NCBI GenBank assembly: GCA_973895155.1
Contig: OZ316894.1
Span: 17,576,563-17,640,562 of the forward strand
Length of the DNA: 64,000 bases
Source: Marsupella aquatica
Taxonomy: Eukaryota; Plantae; Marchantiophyta
Direction of reading: 5' to 3'
The notes beneath the pieces were generated by a model that saw nothing but the letters and a program-made list of their open reading frames with translations, did no database searches and had not been told where the DNA came from. Numbering within the stretch: the stretch's first letter is position 1; every line of letters begins with the position of its first letter. Both the position numbers and the translations under genes were made by a program. Shown here in pieces: positions 55,911 through 64,000 of the stretch.

Positions 55911-58900
55911 TCCTGAAATTTTGTAGCACTATGCTAGTTGCTTAGATCACATTGTTGTAAGCCCTTTGTAAGCTGAATTTGAATTTGGTGAAGAGTAGAT
56001 TTGAAGAATTGATTGGGCTCTGTGAAAAGACTTAGGAATTCAGGTTGTTCAGTGAGACCCAACAAACTAGCTTAACTTCAGGCAGGTAACTTCACCCAAG
56101 TACTAGAGTACATTAGCTTCTTTCAAGAAAGAGAATTATGTTAACTTTCTTTCTGAAGAGAGTAACAGATAGTTTTGTACCTCCTTTCAGTCCAACATTC
56201 TGAGGAGCAGCTTCAGAGGGGTAACTTCTCGGCTAAGCCCGCGGGCTCTAACTGCAGCGAAACGGCCTTACTCGCCCTTGTCGAACAAAGCTGATCAAGA
56301 TTGAAGTCCTCTATAATTGATAGATACGAAAGTTCCATTAAAGGTAGCAGATCAAACTAAGGTCTATCTGCCGGTAAGTCTTATTGTCTAGGTAGCCGCA
56401 CAATGTATTGATACGTACGGGAAGTTCTGCGCTTAATTAGGTACTGTGTCCGAAATCTTTAAGGACCACGACGAGTTAATTTTCGACCGGGGCTTACTAT
56501 ACTCCTGTTTATGTACAATTATGATCAATGATATCCTCTGGAAGCCATCAAGCACCAGATTTGATCATTTTAAGATTTAGTGTTTGTGTATTTGAAGCAC
56601 ACATTTGAAGAGTTTTGGGTAGGCCAGCTTGGACCTTGCTTTCTTTGGGGTTTTCGTCATCAACCTGCAGGCAAGTGCGAGATCTGTGAACTTTTCGGGG
56701 GCATTGTCGCTACATCATCTTGGCGCTGTCCCAAGGTTGGGAGGACTTGAGCCAGGCTGAGCCTTTACTGGATCCTATCCGATGCAAAGCATGTTATGAA
56801 TGGCTAGCTAGTTCAGCTGAAGTACGAGACGGGTGGAGCATCAACCAGCCACTCAGCCAGGTCAAGTACGGTACAGTGTATTGTTAGTGGCCGCAATATA
56901 TTCAAGGCTGTTCATTCACTCGTACCTAAGATCTGAGCCTGACTTAAGTTGCCCTCTCTAGATTATCTGTGGTTGGGCCTCTATCTTCACTAATTAAAGC
57001 ACGTATATTATACACTCCTGATGATTGCTTCACAGCTAATGAGATACGTTCTGTAACAGTACAGGTTGCAACTGTTTTTGTCGACAAGGACGGGGACAAG
57101 GAACGAGTCTCCGTTTATTGAGTAAGATCGACGAAACAACCTGGCAAGATTGGTGTTCCAAATATATATGACAACCTATCTGCGAGGGTGAGCTAACTTA
57201 GAACAAATCTCTATGGATCGATCGGCGGACAAGCTAGAGCCACAAGATCCAGTCCAGACAACGGCGCGATGGGCCACAGACAACCAAATCAGGCGAAATG
57301 TAATTATAGGAGGTCGACCTGGCTCATATATAGCTCACCAATGTTGCAACTACATCTATCTCTCTTGCATCCATTTTCAGTAGGGAATGGCTTCGACTGC
57401 CAAAACTTCCACTGGCAGACGAGGTCTAACCAGTACTGTAGGAGCAAGGAAGACAATACCTGATCGAGACATTTGAATCAGGCTTTGTCGACCAGAAGCC
57501 AGTGGAAACAGAAAATAAAGCTTCTTCGTTACCATGCACAAAATTTTTATGGCTCGAGGCAAGATCAACTTTGTGCCTTCTTTAAGGTGTTCACTCTTGT
57601 CTTGCACTCTTTGTAAGCAATTGGGTATCTGCGCCTTGATTGCATGTACGAGCTGGATGCTTAGCCTCCAGCTGCGAGTTCGTTCAGACCTGGACAAGTT
57701 GTGTAAGTTGTAACAGACTAGCATTGTCCGCACGTTGGCCTATTATGTAAGTGGTTTGCAGGTTTGGACACAGCACGCCCAGGAATGCCCGAGGTTCACT
57801 GCTCGTGCACAGTAATAATATATTGAAGGGTCCAACATTGAAATTGAACTGTCTGTGTTTTCAACCTGAAGGTTCGACGGAGGCAAGTACAGGTCTATCT
57901 GCCTATGCTCTGTTCTAATATAACAAAGCTAAAGAGCTTTACTGGTCCCCTGGCTTGCTTTCCTGAAACCACTAATTAAATTTTCTTAAAAGTGTAAAAA
58001 ATAAGGTGTGCCTTAAGTAACATGCTGAAAAAATTGAATTGAAAATATATTGAGATAATTACCCTATGGCTGACATCCACAAAGTGGGTTACGATGAACT
58101 TGTAAATCTAGTGTGCGGTTTAAATATAATCATGCACATGTCAATTCATATATCATCCTCGACTCGTGGATAACTGAGATTGAAATAAGTGCACATTAAT
58201 GCACACCGTGTATTACATCAAGGTTTACACTTCAAGAACTGTGGGTCGTTCACAGAATGATGCTGATCGATTCAAGTCTCATAAAGGACTGTGACTGTCC
58301 ATCATGATTGAAGCTCTTCGGCATCTGAGTCATTCGTTCATGCATGCAGATCCACCCAGAAACCATTCAAGTTTCTGTGAGGCGTTCCATTCATGTACTG
58401 TACCTTCAGTCACGTTGCCGACTCGCAGCATTGTACTGTATGTTCATGGACCCGGAAGCCTGTCACGCAAGCTAATATTCCTCATGAATCAAGGTCCAGC
58501 TAAGGTTTGAAACTTAATTGCAGATTCGAAGGGACACGACCCAATGGAGCGCGTGGGGACTTAACCCAATCAGATCTTACCAGAGCTGGACGTGGCAAAA
58601 GACCTTGTGCATTGAGTTGTCTGAAAAGGGTTGCAGCCCCTGAGGTCCCTTCCCTTCCCTTCTTCCCTCCGATGCGATGCGATGCCAAGAGTACATGAGT
58701 TAAGAAAATCGGAATCAGATATGTTTTTAGACACCGCTTAGTTAGAAGTACTCACCAGTTCAAAGCAGTCAGTACCGTACTTCTAAATGTATAGAGAAGG
58801 AAAGTAGCATCCAATGATAGTTGGAGAAGGTCGTGCCAGAGTCCATCCCGGTGTTTGTGGAGGTAACACCTCTAGGATGGTGGGCTGCAGGGTCCTCTCA

Positions 58901-58975
58901 CAATTTCCGTATCAAAGAAGGAAACGAAGGAAAGACGTCAGGCAGCAGCAAAACTCGTGAGATTGATTTGCAATT

Positions 58976-59164
58976 ATGCCAAACAACTCAGAATGTGATT
59001 GTCCGTGTCACTGGATGCCCAAATGGATGAAACGGCCAAAGTTTCTGAGGGGTTGGGAGTGGGAAGACACATCAGCGTGCTTTGCGGTCTTGGGTGCCGC
59101 CTTCTGTGTCATTGTGGCCTTCAATCTCTACAAACCTTATCTTAATTTGCACAAATCGAGTTGA
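58976..59164 (+). CDS. Possible small single-pass membrane protein (62 aa)
   Basis: ATG-started ORF with a Cys/Trp-rich N-terminus and the hydrophobic segment ACFAVLGAAFCVIVAFNLY. No homology recognised. Confidence 0.25.
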   Translation: MPNNSECDCPCHWMPKWMKRPKFLRGWEWEDTSACFAVLGAAFCVIVAFNLYKPYLNLHKSS

Positions 59165-59876
59165 TCATGCAGCATATCGGTGAGCCAGCGTGGGAATAGC
59201 AGATCTGGTCTGGGCTGATCAATCAAGATTCTCATTTGCGTCGATTGAACGGTCCCTTTATCTAAAACAATTGGCCTTGGATAATCGATAGTCTGATTCT
59301 TAATCGTGTCCAGATATCGATATCAAGAGTGGCGTCATTTGTAGTTTCTTCAATGAGATAATGGACATTTAGTTGATGGTCACCTCGAGAAATTCAATTG
59401 AGATACTCTCGCAACTTTCAATCGCGAACTCTTGGATGCGAGAATCCAGCCCTCATCAATAGTAATATTTGATTGGAGGCTCTGATCAAGCTGTAAGAGA
59501 CCAATCGACCGTATAAGTATCTAGAGTGTACACATTTCGAGCAATTTTTACAGTCAAGGCAACCATGTCCTCGTCCTACCCTAATTCAGAAATGCGGTGT
59601 TTCAAATCTCCCAGGCTCAACGTGCGGCCGCGTAATTTGATCTCAAGCTTCAGGGCGCAAATCTCATTGAGCATCCGCCATGCAGCGGAGGGTGACGGAT
59701 AGCATTGGGCACAGCATCAATATGCAGGCTGCTCCATCTGGTTTGGCCAGAAGAATCTGGTACCCGAGTTTGGGTTTCGTGGACAGGATAAATCACAAGT
59801 TGGACACTGTCAATCATAAGGTTGCAGTAATACAGTGGTGGATTGTCTTGAAGAAGCACGATTTTGGATTTTGGTG

Positions 59877-62800
59877 ATGTCTTATTTTCTCTGTTGTGCA
59901 ATTAGAAGGGCACCATGGCAGCGGGCTTCGAGAGTAAGCTCCAAAAAGATGATTGTTCTCAAGAGGCTTGCCATAGTAGCTCTTAGTCTGGGCGCGAGCA
60001 ATCACGGAGGATGTCTTCAAGGAACAGGAATTTTGATTCACAATTCCTTGGTTCTGACGAGCCATATGAATCTCCCGAACAAGGAGAGGGCCGGGGACGG
60101 TGAACTTGTGCTGACTGATGGCTGTCTGGAAGCAACCAGCTGCAATACAGCTCCACTCAACGAACGCCCCTCTCGAGTACTGACAAGGAAGCTCCTTCCG
60201 TCAAGGTTGAAGCCGGACTGACAAACTTGTACATGGCCTCTGCCTATTAAATTACAATTGCAATAAAACTCTAATGACCAATCTGCTAGTCCAACTTGTC
60301 ATCATGAATTTTCCCCTGCTTTTTATTTTGTGTTATGCACTTGTGAGGAGACAACTTACTCTGGATTTGAGCAAAGTCAGATCAATATTTCTCTCGGTAG
60401 CCTTCTTTCAATGAGATATCGTATTCTAGAGGAGCAATTTCAGTTTCTGGATAGATTCTCTATTATGCTTTGTGACTGTCCATGTAAATTAGGATGAGCA
60501 ACTGTGCATTTAAAATGGTAAAATGAAAAACTGCGCCAAACGAAAGTTTTCAATGTGGCAATAGAATGCTCGAGCAAATACTCTGTACTTCCACTATCGT
60601 ACGTTCACTGGCGTCCAGGTAATGCTAAAACATTCGTTCACCTGGGAAAGGAGATACATTGGCGCTGCCAGTAATGTCATGATCGAAATGCTTCGAATTA
60701 CGCCGTATGAAGCTTCTGATTTGAACCTACCAAATATCGATTCATCACTGTGCGTCTGGCGTTTGTTTCCATCTCTAGCTTTCACGTTAGCGCATCTCCA
60801 CCTATGCTCGCTGTATATGATCTACTCTCTTGGATAAAATCACTGTTGAGAGATATTAGTTTTTATTTTGAATATTTAGATCGTCTGTCCTTACAAAAAG
60901 AAACTACATCCAGCGATCATGTCTTTCTGTGCTCTGTACTTTTCCTGCCTTACACATGCACAGAAGTTACAGTTAGTTCCGATTCTCCTCCTGCAAATAG
61001 TTTAGTGCTCCACAATTTGAGGTCAAACGTACTGATTGCTGAAAACATGTAGTCTAATATCTCAAATATAGCAGTGCGAGTGATTAGCACGCGTATTAAG
61101 AGAATATATGCGTAGTCCAAGATCTCATTTGTAGGAGTCAGGGTAAATAGCAAGTCTGATATCTCAATTGTAGTAGTTAGAGTAATTAGCACGCCTGGTG
61201 GAAAGAGGATAAATGCACTTGGAAGCTCAAATCCCTGAGTTAGATGCTTCAGAAAGACTATAAAGACGACTTCGCTGCTTAATCCACTCTGTACATGACC
61301 ACCTTTATAACCCCTTCGCAGAAGTTTCATGGAACTTCATAAGCCCTTCAGATCGAAACCAATTATTGTAAGTACAGTAATATCAACCTAACAACACTGA
61401 CTTGGCTTGAAATTGCCTAGTTTTTGTCTGCATGGGATCGATGTTGGCAACTCTGGCTTTCAATCCATGAATGGTTTGCTCACACCAGATTGTGTGCTGA
61501 GCATGCAGATGCTTTCTCACGAACCCCTCACTTGGTGTGACAATAGTTGGTTGTGAACCGGTCACCTCTGTGGTGCCTCTCGACATTGAGTCTGCCAAAG
61601 TGCCTCGGGACATTCTCAACGTAGGTCGCAGCATTTACGTTCTAGGACACATTGAACATGATGACAAGCAAAAGGGACTCATCATGTTTGGCGAAGGACG
61701 GATCTCCTCAGAGGATGAACAGGTTATCGAATTTTATTCTCTGGATGGCAAGGTTTGGGCACCTGGGTCTGCCGGTTTTGATGAACAGGGAAACTTCGCC
61801 TTCGTGGTTGGGGAATCTCTATCGCCTTCCGGAGCGAAATTCGGTGTTTCTTCTATGCAGAAAAGACCGTCCAAGAAGGATCCAGGTCTGAAGCAGCCTG
61901 GAATACTGGTCGAGTTTGTTCGAGAGTGGATGCGAACAGTGTGGGATTTGAGATTCGATGAATTGAGTACGAAGAGACCCAACGCAATGAGCCGGACTCT
62001 ACCGGTAAGCAACATGGAAGAGTTGGATTTATGTCCAAGCACACCTAATGACACTGCGGGCGAAACAGTCGAGGAAGTTCTGAGTGCTTGCAAAGGTGCG
62101 AACGGTGCGAAGGGTGCGAAGGGCTGGGTCAGGGATCAACCGAGGGAACAACTTACCAGCAGAAGAAATTCTAAAACAGTAGATTGCAGGTTTACATCGT
62201 GGGGCTCACCGGTTCAGGCCACTACAGTGTCTTCAAACAATTCTGCAAATGTTGCCAGTTCCAAAGGTTTGGCATCCAACTTGGGAGGTATTGCTGATTT
62301 AGCTGCTGACGAATTGACGACGAAAGGAGTAGTCGAGCCAAAACATGAGCCGGAAAAAGGATTCTCAAGAACTACCGAACTTAGTAATCGTCGTAGCCTT
62401 CACAACGACTTTGTGACAGGATTTGTCAAGGTGAAGTACTTCAACGAAAACATATTCTCACCAGATCGGATGCCTGTAATTGACCGTCCGAACCAAGATC
62501 CCAATGGAGATTCCTGGTTCAATTGGGGAAAGAGAGCACCGGCATCACATGATCCAGGTTTGTCTCCAAAAGAGGTCACGGCAGACAAAGCTCCCAGAGG
62601 ACGTAAAGTGGAGGTGCGGCTGCAGTTTCGCGATAAACCAGAGCGCAGCGACCGAATCGGTGGCCAAGATGCTCTGCACATGCCTGTCATTGACGCTCCG
62701 ACGCAAGATCTTAATGGCGGTTCTTGGTACGATTGGGGAAAGAAAGCGCTTCAAAGAGCTGTTACTGACATCCCACAGGACTTCGATCTAAATGGGGACT

Positions 62801-63459
62801 CCTGGTATGGTTGGGGAAAGAGAGCGCCGCCATCTGGTCCTTTGTCTCCGACAGAAACGGGACAAACTGCTTCTGGACTGCATCCACCGGAGGTATGCCT
62901 GCCAGAGTTTCAAAATAATCCGCGGGACAACTTGGCAGAATTCCAAACTCCAGACCCGTTGATCATCAAAGAAAGCCCACGAGATTCTGGCCTGCAACCT
63001 TTACGAACAGAAGAAGCGGAACCTACTCCCGAACGAAGCACGTCCCCGTGGAGAGAGCTTCATGTGCACTCCCAATCAGGTGAAGCGCCCAGTGAATCTC
63101 ATCAACGATTGCCTCCAATCTCATCACCCGTGCTATATTCTCCCATATCTCGTTTCGAAAGACCGAAGCCTACTCGTCATGAAGTAGTCAATCCCCCTCG
63201 TGAGTTAGTATTTGGCCAAATATACAGGTCTACCACGTCTCCACGATCCCCCAATCTCGTGGTGGCGCCCTGGAAAGGACCAGGAACCTCCGGATCCCCT
63301 GTACAAAACTTGAAGTTAGTGTTTGAAGAACGAAAGGTAATGCCTGTGGCATCCCCGCGACAAAGAACTCCTCGTTTCCTCTGTGAGGTGAGGAAAGAAA
63401 GCTATGACCAGAAGAAGCCAGCAGAGGCTGGAGCCGCGCGAAAGGTTGGAAAACATTGA
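59877..63459 (+). CDS. Plant trypsin-like-peptidase-domain protein with a long disordered C-terminus (exons 59877-60205 and 61509-63459)
   Basis: GTGILIHNSLVLTSHMNLP, LLPSR|CFLTNPSLGVTIVG, GEGRI, WAPGSAGFDEQGNFAFVV match a conserved plant family with a trypsin-like fold. A phase-2 GT-AG intron joins the frames. Confidence 0.8.
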
Positions 63460-64000
63460 ATTGGCTCTTTGATTTTCGTACGTCACAGAGTCATCGAATT
63501 GTCCTTGCCCCTACCAGTTCAACCACAGTGTCGTCGGCCGTCATCCATTTCTCATCTCTTAAAGGACCATAGCCAGGAAAGGTAAGTTGTGTCTTGGTCA
63601 TCTTCTTGAATGGCATGCCGTGGTTGCATTCACGATGTTTCGTTTTCTCCGTCACCTTAAGTAGCACATTCGAATTCAGACTTCTGGTCTGTCAAACCGT
63701 AAAGTATCATATAAGCTGACTGTCGCAAATTGCTTGATCCCGATTCTAGTCTTGTAGGCCTCGAAGTAGAGCTGAGAGCCAAGAGCTCATGAATTTTTGG
63801 TTTCCGTGACTATTAGAATACTTTCGATGGCCAGACAGCCGTCAGTCGTTGGAAAGTGCTTGACGCCCAAGGGTAACAATGTCGCAGTGTGTATACTTGT
63901 CGAAACTGTCGGACCCCATACGCTGTCGCTAATGTTATTATATTTTGATCGGCAACACAGTAAGTGCACAAAATGTCAGACAGTGCCTATTCTAGCTCAT

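Noticed and set aside
57377-57733. 118-aa minus-strand ORF
   Set aside because: Non-ATG start, no motif and no exon support.

Overview
Eukaryotic land-plant genomic DNA with spliceosomal introns and plant-type genes; a non-seed plant such as a bryophyte is my inference, not established. The first ~42 kb is a nested, rearranged transposon island. It holds CACTA/En-Spm pieces (one carrying a SET-domain exon upstream of its transposase), a complete 12.9-kb Mutator-like element (TIRs, 10-bp TSD, transposase, two cargo genes), a MITE, an intronless ABC1 kinase gene and a Copia 3' end. The most striking feature is an intron-containing gene encoding a ParB/Srx-like domain fused to a bacterial/phage-type beta-class N6-adenine/N4-cytosine DNA methyltransferase. 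That gene is split by a 4.67-kb TG..CA insertion (5-bp TSD) with an intact 1076-aa ORF, and its 3' half is duplicated in inverted orientation. The last ~20 kb holds repeat arrays and two host genes: an LRR-VIII (HPCA1-like) receptor kinase and a trypsin-like-domain protein. Domain calls come from motif recognition by eye, not from database searches.
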